A stretch of 63,488 nucleotides of DNA, the filler included, from Klebsormidium nitens (Eukaryota; Plantae; Klebsormidiophyceae): the NCBI GenBank assembly GCA_000708835.1. It is 8 parts of 8 records of this genome, joined end to end, with 100 filler letters (N's around TTAATTAATTAA, not from the genome) between each part and the next. Parts side by side here need not be neighbours in the genome. Positions count along the whole stretch, not along the records: positions 43,770 to 52,916 come from DF237799.1; positions 53,017 to 55,569 come from DF238191.1; positions 55,670 to 63,488 come from DF238293.1; 5 more parts are not named here. The stretch is one strand, 5' to 3'. Positions within the stretch are counted from its first letter, which is position 1. Each line of letters begins with the position of its first letter. Both the position numbers and the translations under genes were made by a program. Shown here piece after piece: positions 50,428 through 61,723 of the stretch. Below the pieces are notes generated by a model that saw nothing but the letters and a program-made list of their open reading frames with translations, was not told where the DNA came from and searched no databases.

Positions 50428-50680
50428 CGGGTTCAGTTCAGGTCCATTCGGGTTCCTTCTGAACCCTGAATATTTGAACAAGAGGACCGGGGCGGACCGC
50501 TCTGCGCCGGGTATAAGCTAAACCTGGCTTCAGTTCAGCTTCATTCGGGTTTCTTCTGAACCCTGAATTTCTGAACAAGTCGACCGGGATGCCTAAGGCC
50601 GGCGGCCCCCGGGCGCCCGCTGAACCGAGCTTCAGTTCAGCTTCATTCGGGTTCCATCTGAACCCTGAATTTCTGAACAA
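50428..50680 (-). repeat. Second copy of the repeat/spacer array (three repeats), within a block homologous to about 26820-27602
   Basis: Reverse complement gives the same 61-bp consensus. Same divergent last repeat and last spacer, followed by about 280 bp of shared unique sequence (50146-50420). Confidence 0.92.
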
Positions 50681-50833
50681 ACGGACCGGGGCCTGGGGCC
50701 GGCCGCATAGCATATTGCTCATAGGCTATAGCCATGTTTCTGAATATTGCATGTACTATAAAAGGACAGAAAATGGTGTCTATTTGATGTCCTGTATTTG
50801 GAAGTTCAGGCCGCCACCGGCACTTAGTCCATG

Positions 50834-51900
50834 CTTGGTGTGCACATCCAAGTTTTCGCTCTGGAGGCCACTCTCCGGTGCACAAAGGAACTTCTCAAGA
50901 TTCACAGATCGCATCAGGTCGTCATACAGATGGTTCAGCCTTTCCAGCAAGAGGAGCGCACAAAATTTTCAGAAGACAGGAGCGTCAATGACCATCTATC
51001 GACGCACAGCATGCCGAGAAAAAGAAAGCAAGGCCAGCGCCAGCAGTTTCAAGTAATAATTATCGCGTGACTGATGATGCCATGCAAAGGGGTCTTCGAA
51101 AAAAGGCTATACGATTCTCTTGTGGTGCTGCAGCTCCAACTGCTTACAGAACTGCCAGAGCAATATTCAAGAAATGAATAACCACTGGAATGTCGAACCC
51201 TATTCTTTTCTCCAGACTGTTATTGCCTGATATTTGCCACTGACCCAAACACACCGTGGATCGGAGCCCCTAGCATGCTAACTGACCTTGAGCATTTTAC
51301 AATCAGGCATAGCACTCGAGCAAACTCCCAGCAGGACAGCACTAGCTAAAAGTACGCCTAGGTAGATCAAAAGGACTAGAGTGTCAAAACTTACACCGGA
51401 CCAAAAGAAATTGAACTTCACGGCGTGCATCGCCTTCCGGTCTCCGCGCTCCTCAACCGCCTTCATGATCTCATTCAGCGCCTTAATCAACGGACTCTTG
51501 TTCGTGCTACTAGGGGAAACAAGAATGTGCCAACGGATCAGCACCTGCGTCCAGTTGATCATCCGATTTGCCAAGGTTACTTCAGCCTTGAACCCAGTGG
51601 CATGCGACACCGCGGTGATCGAGGAACCATCCAATGAGAGCAATCCCTTTTGAACCTTTTGATCTGGCCACTGCTTCGACACACTCTCCAACCTTGGCCG
51701 GTAGCATTGATTTGACATCATTTGGAAGAAGGTCTCCCGCAGCCTCAAGCCGCTTCTCCAACTCTTTCCCCTTGCGGATCGCCATGCTAATTGTAGCTTG
51801 TATACTGTGAGCAGATCCTGCGACCGTCCAAGGAGGAAAACCCTTCCAGAAAACCTCCTACACAAGAACCACAGTTCACCACAGAATGCCTCCCCAGCCT
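50834..51900 (-). pseudogene. Frameshifted gene fragment of the same unknown family as 29088-32883
   Basis: Minus strand 50911-50834 encodes RSVNLEKFLCAPESGLQSENLDVHTK, 21/26 identical to 29094-29171. Upstream coding-like segments AIRKGKELEKRLEAAG.. and FKAEVTLANRMINWTQ..FNFFWS lie in different frames. Confidence 0.55.
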
Positions 51901-52580
51901 GCATGCAGGTGCAGGAGAAGCACGTCAAGTAACGCAAGCTCCTACCTACTTGACACAAAACCGAATTCACTTCTGTCGTAATTTACGAGGCAAACGGGAG
52001 GTTATGCAGATTTCCAGCTGACCGGTTGGCCCTGGGCCAGAAAGGAGGTTTTGGCAGACACTGACAATCGGCGCCCGAACCGCCTGCGCGGATTTTATGC
52101 CTATGTTCACGCAATTTCCGAATATATAAGCTCGTTGAATTGATGGCGTTGCATTAAAAGACCGTGAAACCCTGAAAGCCTACAAGCCAGCTATTCAACC
52201 GAACCCTAAGAATCTCATATGCTTCAAACCACAAAAGCCGGGCGAACCCTCATATAAGTAGATAGTTGCTACAGACGCTTAGGTCTCTAGCCCGTCTCTA
52301 GCTATTCTTCAAAGTCTGAACATATGAACAAGCTGCTCTCCAATGAGAACCCCAGATATTTGCAATACTAAAGCGTGCAAGACTACAAACATACATTCAA
52401 TGATTCCCTACAAACCCCGACGACACACGGATATTGCAGATGTGCAATATCACAGAGGCTGAGTATTTGACGTGCGGCTGCTTCGCACCCCAACCTCCTA
52501 TGCTAGTGATCATACCCGTTCCACAGAGTTGCGAGACGGCTGCTGTTGCAAATGATCTGACCCAATCTGCGACCCAAATT

Positions 52581-52897
52581 GAAACTCCGAAGGTGGGAGG
52601 AGCACGCGCTCCGCACCCTAACCCACCCTAACCGCCATACTAACCCCACCCGTCCCAGTCGCGAAATCGTGGCTGCTGCACAACACCTTGTACACACTGA
52701 AACCCTCAAGGTGGGGAGGAGCACGCGCTCCGACTCCGCACCCTAACCCACCCTGACCCCCTTACCAACCCCACCCGTCACAGTCACGAAACCGTGGCTG
52801 CTGCACAACTCATGACAACACTGAAACCCTAAAGATGGGAGGCAGCACGCGCTCCGCACCCTAACCCACCCTAACCCCCATACCAACCCCACCCGTC
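52581..52897. repeat. Minisatellite, about 120-bp unit x2.6, with CCCTAA-like motifs
   Basis: gaaaccc..ggtgggaggagcacgcgctccgcaccctaacccaccctaacc..ccccacccgtc at 52581, 52699 and 52823. Confidence 0.88.
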
Positions 52898-52916
52898 ATT
52901 GATACGCTACAGGCCT

Positions 52917-53016
52917 NNNNNNNNNNNNNNNNNNNNNNNNNNNNNNNNNNNNNNNNNNNNTTAATTAATTAANNNNNNNNNNNNNNNNNNNNNNNNNNNN
53001 NNNNNNNNNNNNNNNN
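52917..53016. other. Artificial contig linker
   Basis: N44-TTAATTAATTAA-N44. Confidence 0.97.
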
Positions 53017-55557
53017 CGCTGAAGGCGGCGATCATTTGCAGGTTCAGGGGAGGGGCGGTCGTGTGTCCCCACTGGGAGGTCAACTGCCCGACCTGGGTGA
53101 CGAAGCCCGAGTACTTCCGGAGGCTTGCTCCGGTGAGGGGGGGGTGGGTGATCAACCGGGGCAGATCCTGCATGACGTTTGCTTCCTCCCGACCCCTCCG
53201 CCCTCGTCAGAGACGGAAAAATCTCAATAACGAGATCCACTTCGAAGAAGTGGGGAAGAACGTGGTAGGCCTTCGTCCCAGTGTCCGAAGCCTTCCCCAC
53301 GACCGTCGCCGCCGCTTCCGTCCCTGCTTCTACTTTCCCCACACTTGTGAATATCGTGTCAGCCGAGTCCCAAAACTCTGTCGCCTTCGCCTTTTCCCGC
53401 AGCATGCCGACGATCAACGGTGGTATTCCGGCCCCTGCCATCGTGCTTGGACAGGAAACCCCAGGAGAAGTCGTTCCGCTCAAGGGACTCCGCCAAAGCT
53501 TCCGTCTGAAAGATGCAGCGGTTTACTTCCTCCTTAAGAGTCCGGAACTCCCCTGCAGGTCTGGGCCCCTGCACAATCTGTGCAGCAATCCGCATAAGGG
53601 ACGCCGCGGTGAGGCTGCTGTAGAGATGTTTTCCGGTGACGGTCTTCCCCACCGGAAAACTGCGGCACAGGGATTCAAAGTTATCCGCTGCAGCCTGCGT
53701 CAGTCGGGCCGCGCTTCAGGCCATGGGGTTTCTCCTNNNNNNNNNNNNNNNNNNNNTGTTGAAGGCGGCGATCATTTGCAGGTTCAGGTGAGGGGCGGTC
53801 GTGTGTCCCCACTGGGAGGTCAACTGCCCGACCTGGGTGACGAAGCCCGAGTACTTCCGGAGGCTTGCCCCGGTGAGGGGGGGGTTGGTGATCAACCGGG
53901 GCAGATCCTGCATGACGTAGGTGAAGACGTTGTCGCCCAGCGCCGTTGCGCCGCCCGCGTTCAGCATGTTGATCAACTGATCAATCCGGGGCTGTCCCGG
54001 TGTGAACACGTACCACTCCGCCGATGGGCCCGGGGGGAGAGGTTCTGAGGGCCCAGTAACCTGCACAGCCGAGGGCCCAGTCGAGGGTCCAGCCTCGGTC
54101 GGAGTTACCTCCTTCCTCCCTTTTTTTCGAACCCGACCCCTTAGGCGGTCCTTCCACTCGCCGCTTCGACGGGGTGGGCGTGACTGTCGGCCCCGCTGTG
54201 GCCGCAGTCGCGGCCACGGTCGCGGCCGCGGAACCTCCTGCACTGGGCCCCGGCGTTTGCTCCCTCTGTTCCTTTCGAAGACTTTCCGGCGGTTCATCAG
54301 GATTGAAGTGCGTGAAGTCGCTGGGGCGCGACCGCGCGTCGTAGGCGGAGAGGATCCAAACCTGGAAGGCCCGGGGGGTCTAGGGATGAGTCAAGAACCT
54401 CAGCACTGGGGGAACGATGAAGTCGGGGAACCACCGCAGAAACCGGAGGTTCTTTCCGTCTTTGACGAGGGCGAAGGGGTCGGGAGGAAGTCGTCCAGCC
54501 AGCATGCTGAAGTACTCAGAGTAGAGGCTGATCTGGAGGGCCCCCGGCTTCCTTTTGATTGGGTAGAATGCAGGGGTCCCGAACATGGCCGCAGGGGACT
54601 CGTGCGCGCGCAGTTCGCGCAGGGTATACTTCCCTTCGCCTGTTCCGGAGGCTCCCGGCTTATGCTCCATGACGTGGTAGCGGATTGCGCGGAACTCTGC
54701 TTCAGGGATAAAGAAAGACATCCAAGCACCGTCCGCGTCCTCGTAGGAGCCCATGTAGCTGGTGTAAGCCCAGCGCGTCCATCCCCGAGGAGGTGGGGGC
54801 GCAGCCGGGTCCACAGAAAAGTAGGCCGCAAGAGCATCTTTGTCCGGAAAGGACGACAAAAGCTCTTCCGTGGCTTCGCTCCCGTCTCTGTCCGGCGGAA
54901 CGTCTACCGCCGTCATCATCCACGCCCCGATGAGGTCATCTGTTTCGGGGTTGATGAGGAAGAGGGGATCGCCGGGGCGGAGTTGGTTAAGCCGGACGGA
55001 GGCGTGTTGGGGGATCTCAAACCTGTAAAACTTGAGATGTTTCCCCCCGCCGCTCAGGGGCGGGGGGATCTCAATCACGAGATCCACTTCGAAGAAGTGG
55101 GGCAGAACGTGGTAGGCCTTCGTCCCGATGTCCGAAGCCTTCCCCACGACCGTCGCCGCCGCTTCCGTCCCTGCTTCTACTTTCCCCACACTTGTGAAGA
55201 TCGTGTCAGCCGAGTCCCAAAACTCTGTCGCCTTCGCCTTTTCCCGCAGCATGCCGACGATAATTGTGGTGTTCCGGCCCCTGCCATCGTGCTTGGACAG
55301 GAAACCCCAGGAGAAGTCGTTCCGCTCAAGGGACTCCGCCGAAGCTTCCGTTTGGAAGATGCATCGGTTTACTTCCTCCGGAACTCCCCTGCAGGTCTGG
55401 GCCCCTGCACAATCTGTGCAGCAATCCGCATAAGGGACGCCGCGGTGAGGCTGCTGTAGAGATGTTTCCCGGTGACGGTCTCCCCCACCGGAAAACTGCG
55501 GCATAGGGATTCAAAGTTATCCGCTGCAGCCTGCGTCAGTCCCGCGCTTCCGGCCAT
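53017..55557 (-). pseudogene. Long intronless multicopy ORF of unknown function, disrupted
   Basis: Main copy 55557-53757 with an 8-nt deletion near 55378, a stop at 54380 and a later frameshift. Variant partial copies at 53225-53735 and 53017-53190. Confidence 0.55.
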
Positions 55558-55569
55558 GGGGTTTCCCCC

Positions 55570-55669
55570 NNNNNNNNNNNNNNNNNNNNNNNNNNNNNNN
55601 NNNNNNNNNNNNNTTAATTAATTAANNNNNNNNNNNNNNNNNNNNNNNNNNNNNNNNNNNNNNNNNNNN
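55570..55669. other. Artificial contig linker
   Basis: N44-TTAATTAATTAA-N44. Confidence 0.97.
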
Positions 55670-55909
55670 CGGGTTGTTTCACCTGTCTGGCCAGAACGCG
55701 TTCGCATATTTCCGAGCTGGGTGGTCTGCTGTGACAGTTGCCTGGTCGCAGCATCCAAGGCAGCCTCTGCTTGGGATATGATACTGCTCAACTTTTTGCA
55801 ATCTCGATTTTTGGCACCAGTCTGCCCACTGAAGGTCTTATCAGGGTGGTCTTGTTTGGCGCTGTCAAGCAAAATTCTTTTTGCGAGATCAATGTTTGCC
55901 AGCGTCTTT
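55670..55909 (-). CDS. Exon with a J-domain-like HPD motif
   Basis: After ccgcag acceptor: KTLANIDLAKRILLDSAKQDHPDKTFSGQ..KKLSSIISQAEAAL (helix-HPDK-helix). Runs off the contig. Confidence 0.35.
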
Positions 55910-56433
55910 CTGCGGATTGGTCAGGCGCACACTCAAATGCTGACTAGCCCGACGAAGCTGTGCAGAGTAGTAGTGCAACAGCGTAGATTACAAGGATGGG
56001 GCAGGGACTTATTGTTAACATGGCCGCTGCGTTTGGATGAAAGCGAACGCTTGGATTGTCATTTGTGGAAGCCTCTTTTATGTGGCTTAACAAACGCTAT
56101 TGATCTCGTGCAGCAACTGCTGGGGCAAGTACCTCTGGAGTTAGTGAGTACCGTTCAAATCTTTCCAATTTTCTGCTGGGCTAGAGCGTCTATTTGCATA
56201 TAGGTTGGCTGTCATTCAGCTGCCTCAGAAGTTGAGCTGGACTGCGACTCAAACCAGGAGGGTCAGCCTGTTCGTGCAATCCTTGCCAAGAGGCATCTGC
56301 GGGTCTTGGTAAAGCCGCTTGAGATCACCTTACTGTGCAAGTCTGTAGACCCTTCGATTGCTTATACGCATGCTTTATGCAGAGGACAATCTTGCTTGGT
56401 GACTGTACGGAATTCTTATTTTTCTCTGTGCAG

Positions 56434-59102
56434 TTTCGCCAGCTCCGCAGGATTTGTCGGACTTCTGGATGGCTCTGCCGAATGCTGCTTGGTCCGATGA
56501 CGGAAAGGTCATGACGCTTGCTATGGGGACCAACTTCCTGGGGCATGCAAGGCTCGGCAACCAGTTGTACCTTCGAGACTGCTATCCAGCTTTACAGAAG
56601 GACGTGTCTGAGCTGTTTGCGCAAGAAGATAGCAAGGGGAGGAAAAAGAACGGGGCGGTGGCGATTATCGGCAACCCAGGTGAGAAGAGGACAAGTATCT
56701 TGTCTCTGAGAAGGGGTTTGGGCTATGTTCTGTGAGCTCTTATATCTCGCTTCTTTTGGAGGTTCTGACGAAGCATCCAGACTGCACAATGAGTAGCTGA
56801 GTATTTTTCCTTGCAGGGATAGGCAAGTCCATGTTTGGATACCTGCTTCTGTACCGGTGGGCAACTGAAGACCCGCCACGGCCTGTTGTGATTGTCAAGC
56901 GGGGATACCGTACAAAGCCGACGCTGCTTACGAGAAATGGATGCTTTGAGCTGGATGCGAAGTCCCTTGCAGACCAGCTGCGCCGGCCTGAAGTGAGGTA
57001 TGGGTCATTCTGAACGTCTTGGTGACGCGCTGAAGCATGATAGGTGCATAATTGTTGCTCCGCAATTGCTGTATGTGAGTCCCTGTAGGATGTTGTCTCT
57101 GGGGTTAAACAACTGGGACAGAATCTGATCCAAGGGAGCTCTTACTGATTGCAGGTATCTGGTAGACGGTCTCAACCCCATGGATGTTGGCGACCTGCCT
57201 ACCAGGGCACAAATGGTCCTGGTTACGTCCCCAGACCCAAGAATCTACCAGGTGAGGCATGCTGGAATCTTGTTCAGAGTTGACCATGCTGAGGTGTCGA
57301 CTTGCACGTCTTGGGATACCTAACAGCGACCTCTCAAGATTTGTACGTTTCATGGTCTGGACTCATAAAGGCTTGATGGTCTGAAGATTTGTTTGATGGT
57401 CTGTCTCAGAAATTTGTATGCCGTTCTTGTTGTTGGTAGGAGCCCTGGAAGTCGTGGGGGTATCGGATGCGCTATATGGACGTGTGGAGCTGGGACGAAC
57501 TGGAGAGTTGCCGAGAGGGCGTCTTCCCAGACCGGGATCCCGACGAGTCAAAGGCCCGGTACGACAGGTATGGACTAGCAGCTTGCTTTCAACTTCAGTG
57601 AGAAACATTCACATTAGGGATATGTCAGGAGTTCTTTTGCTTTCTTTCCCAGGAGTTGCATGCTTTCATGCAGTCCATGGTGCACCGGTCCTTTCAACGC
57701 TATACANNNNNNNNNNNNNNNNNNNNNNNNNNNNNNNNNNNNNNNNNNNNNNNNNNNNNNNNNNNNNNNNNNNNNNNNNNNNNNNNNNNNNNNNNNNNNN
57801 NNNNNNNNNNNNNNNNNNNNNNNNNNNNNNNNNNNNNNNNNNNNNNNNNNNNNNNNNNNNNNNNNNNNNNNNNNNNNNNNNNNNNNNNNNNNNNNNNNNN
57901 NNNNNNNNNNNNNNNNNNNNNNNNNNNNNNNNNNNNNNNNNNNNNNNNNNNNNNNNNNNNNNNNNNNNNNNNNNNNNNNNNNNNNNNNNNNNNNNNNNNN
58001 NNNNNNNNNNNNNNNNNNNNNNNNNNNNNNNNNNNNNNNNNNNNNNNNNNNNNNNNNNNNNNNGCGTCTTCCCAGACCGGGATCCCGACGAGTCAAAGGC
58101 CCGGTACGACAGGTATGGACTAGCAGCTTGCTTTCAACTTCAGTGAGAAACATTCACATTAGGGATATGTCAGGAGTTCTTTTGCTTTCTTTCCCAGGAG
58201 TTGCATGCTTTCATGCAGTCCATGGTGCACCGGTCCTTTCAACGCTATACATATCCTACCCGGTCTATGGTGCACAGGTCCTTTGAATGCTATCCAGAAA
58301 TTGCTGATGTTTTACAAGATCCTCGTTATCCTGCAGATGGGGCGGCATCCCGCGTTTTGTCCTGGAGAAGGTGGACTCGGACGCTCAGGCTCTCCTCGAG
58401 AAGGCAATCTCCACCACACCTTTGAAAGTTCTCGTTGATTCGGTCGGTTCACAAGCGGCCCCCAATGAAGCGAGCCACAAACTGCTCCATCTTCGTGTCC
58501 GAGGAGACTTCGAAACGACCGTGATGGTGATGGCTTCGGTATACGTGACCCACAGGGTTGCGTATCAGATCTGGAAGAACGAGAAGGAGGCACTAAGAAC
58601 GTTTCTCAGCTCATCAGAAGGGGAGGGGCCCGTCGGAGCTCTGAGGGGCAACTTGTGGGAAGGGTTTTGCCACGCTAGACTGATTGAGGGCGGTCAATTC
58701 AGGATCAGGGATCTGTCCGACCCGTTGCTGTCCACCTCGGACAAGATTTTCCATCGTCCTGCCGCAGCCCCCTTGGTCTTCGACAACTGGGAAGATATTC
58801 AGGGCAAGCAGGACGGGCAGTACTTGAGACCTCGGAGCAAGACAAACGAGTCTGTCGATTCTGCAACGCAGCCTAATGTCTTGTTCCAGATCACGGTCAG
58901 CAAGAGGCACGATCTGAAAGGCGCTGGGATGAAGAAGGCAATAGAGTTCTTCCGGCAAAACGGGCCCGGGGCTGTTGAGCTGTACTTTGCCGTGCCTTCT
59001 GACGCCTTCATGAAGTTCCAGGGTTCAGACATCAAGCAATGTCCCGGAATTGCGGAAGTGAGGAGAGCAGTGAAGCAACTTGCCCTTGAAGTTAGCCTTT
59101 GA
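56434..59102 (+). CDS. Crinkler/RHS-like protein: P-loop NTPase plus restriction-endonuclease-like domain; N-terminal exons unresolved
   Basis: Exons 56434-56679, 56817-56997, 57155-57251, 57440-57567, 58337-59102. LYLRDCY, IIGNPGIGKS (Walker A), YLVDG (Walker B), LVTSP, WSWDEL, WGGIPRFVL, GNLWEGFCH, NESVDS..LFQITVSKRH..LYFAVP. Confidence 0.88.
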
Positions 59103-59735
59103 GGAGCAGTGAAGAGCCCTTCAGTCGTCGCGAGGGTGGTCCTCGAAACGTTTGAGAGGTCTAGTTGCTGTATGAGGGCGACGCTAGACTTGAACAAGTT
59201 GATGTGGACATTCATCTCGACATGGACTCAACCCCTCTCGTTGATACATCCTTGTTCACAACGTTTGTGGAAGCCTTTGTATGTGCCGTTCAGGTTTTGA
59301 GCAGCTTGAATGCTTAAAATACCTCAAATCTCTATACACAAACGGTAAATGAGTATGCGGGTTTGTCAATTCTGCGCATTTCCGAGGGGCGGGCTTTTGG
59401 TTATTTGAGCAATAACCTGCGCGCGCGCATATGAGAGCATATTGCTTTTAGCCGGCATGAGAATGGTGAGCTTGTATGGTATCATGTATAAGAAGAATGC
59501 CTGTTAGGGCGAAGGAGCGGCGCATACTGATCTGATTGCATGCCTTCAGAAATCTTCGATCGAAGTGCAAAACGAGCCACTTTGAGTACCGGAAACTCTG
59601 TCAGTGCCTGCAACACATCGAACCAGACACGTGCAAGTTAATGCCGCGTGTGTGGTCGGTTGTGCATGAGCATGCCCAGCTTAGCATCGCAGATGTTGGC
59701 AATATGCAGTTGAAAGTGGAGCCGCCACATTAGTA

Positions 59736-59890
59736 TATGATAATATTAACAATGATAATCAACATATAAAGCAAGACATTAGCCAAGCCAACTCAATATC
59801 GAATCAGCGGTGCCACAACACCTCAAATGTCAATGACGGGACCAGAAGCTGCGGCCGTGAGAAGATCTCCGCAATCGATAAAACCTATTA
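59736..59890 (-). mobile_element. Diverged second copy of the LINE 3' end
   Basis: ccaagccaactcaat..gtgccac..cacctcaaatgtca..ctgcgg.cgtga matches 60091-60177; decayed A/T tail. Confidence 0.65.
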
Positions 59891-60049
59891 AAGCTAGAGG
59901 TCTAGCTCCTAGATTGTTCTAAACAGCGCGAGCTGCCCTATTATGGACAGCCCCTTTTAGCCAACACAACGGTGTTAAATGTGGGCCACTCCCAGGCCGT
60001 CACGTCATACCCCCCAAGACCCAAAAGAGTGAAGGTGGTACCAGCCATA

Positions 60050-60490
60050 TAACAATAACAATAACAATACCAATAGCAACAATGGTCGTTGGCCAAGCCA
60101 ACTCAATGTTGGATGTGAGTGCCACGGCACCTCAAATGTCACTCCTCACTGCTATGCCTCACTCCTGCGGTCGTGAACAAATCAATGCGACTGACAAAGC
60201 CGGACATGGCCAAAGGCCTCGCACCTAAAGTGCTCTGAACTGCGCGAGCCGATCGATGATGAACGGCTCTAGCCTGGCTACGCTGCAAGCTGACCGAAAT
60301 GCGCTGCCTATAAAAGCACAGCAGACGAGCAGCCTCCTCTCCAACCTGACTCTCATCACTGACCCTCAGACCCGCTGCACGCTGAGCGCACATACGGAGG
60401 AGCCGATCAAATGGACCACCAAAGCAGCCTGAGGGGTCGAAACCTGAAGTCGGAGACCCAAGTGGTACCAGTTCGATCACCGGGCATGCA
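60050..60490 (-). mobile_element. 5'-truncated non-LTR retrotransposon 3' end (RLE-type, CRE-like) with a (TTGTTA)n tail
   Basis: ELVPLGSPTSG..ARLLCFYRQRISVSLQRSQARAV resembles the terminal qRiSvaLQRxnA motif of RLE-bearing LINEs. Short 3' UTR, then ttgttattgttattgtta at 60050-60083. Confidence 0.7.
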
Positions 60491-60544
60491 CTCCCTAAGT
60501 ACCTAGGGTTATTTCTTCTTCCTCAAAAAGGCAATTACGAAATG

Positions 60545-60757
60545 GCATCTTTTTCAGGTAGGGCCTTACATACATACATATTGGCAATTTGATCCGAGAG
60601 GAAAAACTCTGTACTGCTAATCTGTTATATTCTCTTCTCCAAAAAGTCAACTACAATATTGCATCTTTTTCAGGTACGGCCTTACATATATACATATCGC
60701 CACATGGGAACCAAAGGGAAAACTCTGTACTACTAATCTATTATAATTCCTTCTCCG
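60545..60757. repeat. 116-bp-period tandem duplication with a partial inverted copy at about 60768-60795
   Basis: gcatctttttcaggta.ggccttacata.atacatat..aaaactctgtact.ctaatct.ttata at 60545 and 60661. Confidence 0.85.
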
Positions 60758-61723
60758 GAGAAGAAAAATATAACAGATTATAGTATGAACTTTTCCAATC
60801 TCGGCCGAGTTTGCTGATATGTATGTATCTAAGGATCGCCACTCGGCACATATTGGCTGGTTTGGTTAGGACAAGACGCAAGCAAGACACCAAATTCTGC
60901 CGTCCGTCTCGTCCATCCTGTCCTCCTGTCGATGCGTGCTGTCAATTACAACATTTTGGAATATTCTAGGTGTGGTACAATATAAGTCGGGAGCGGGACA
61001 GGAGAAAGTGTTGCCAGTAGTCCCATTTCCCCCGTCGAAGCTTGCTATTAACATAAAATTCCGACAATTCTACAAGTATTGGCAGTTACCGTAGTGGCAC
61101 GGGAATTCGCGGAAAAATAACTAAAAAAGTGGATACGCGAAAAGTTTGGCAAAATGCGGACCCAGGCCGCGAAAATGCCGAGAAATGGAGACGGCTACAG
61201 AGGACAAAAAAGGCCTGACTTCAAGCATATAAGCCCCGATAAGGGGGGTTATAGGCTGATTGCGAAAAATGTAAAAACCTGCTCAAGCTGCCCGCGAAAC
61301 TGTAGAAAGTTCGAAAATAACTATTCGCGGAGCCAACACGCTGCCACTACGGTATATGCCGGGAGAAAGGCAACTTTCTCCTGTCTGACCCGTCATCGGA
61401 ATGCTCGCGCGTCGAGCGATGAACAGCCAGCGGCCGCAGTTCCGTTGGATTACGCAGGAACTTTAAGCGCGGAATGCGTCACCCCGCATCATAGCTGTGC
61501 GCATGACCGGGGTTTAGACCACCGCGGCCGCCTGACCGCACGCACCGCGCGCGGCCGCAAGAAGACGCGCTGGCGACCGCGGGCAGCCCTCACCGACAGG
61601 GAGACGTCTTGTTCAAGTAAAGAAGACGTCCTCCTTGCTTTCGAACATTACAGAGAGAGCGCCAGTGGCGCCTCCTAGCTAACTCTACGCTCCTTTCGAT
61701 TGGTTATTTGGCCGCGAACTAGC

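Larger units (their letters stand above)
43770..50722 (-). mobile_element. Tyrosine-recombinase (DIRS order, PAT/kangaroo-like) retrotransposon; 5' extent inferred
   Basis: RT-RH-MT pol on minus, convergent YR on plus, ORF1-like gene and repeat array upstream on the same contig. The pol+YR core (43770-47600) is certain. Inclusion of 47600-50722 is inference from position and orientation. Confidence 0.7.

Noticed and set aside
52581-52897. Telomere or interstitial telomeric array
   Set aside because: CCCTAA motifs are isolated within a 120-bp unit, not tandem telomeric repeats.
54002-55459. 485-aa plus-strand ORF (also 46819-47607 plus and 9777-11132 antisense ORFs)
   Set aside because: Antisense shadows of GC-rich coding sequence on the other strand.
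20583-55669. Treating the window as one gene cluster (e.g. KDZ + DsbA + YR element + Crinkler)
   Set aside because: Seven artificial TTAATTAATTAA linkers separate independent contigs; adjacency across them is meaningless.
57520-58260. Exon duplication within the Crinkler-like gene
   Set aside because: The identical sequence flanks an N gap on both sides, typical of an unmerged contig overlap.
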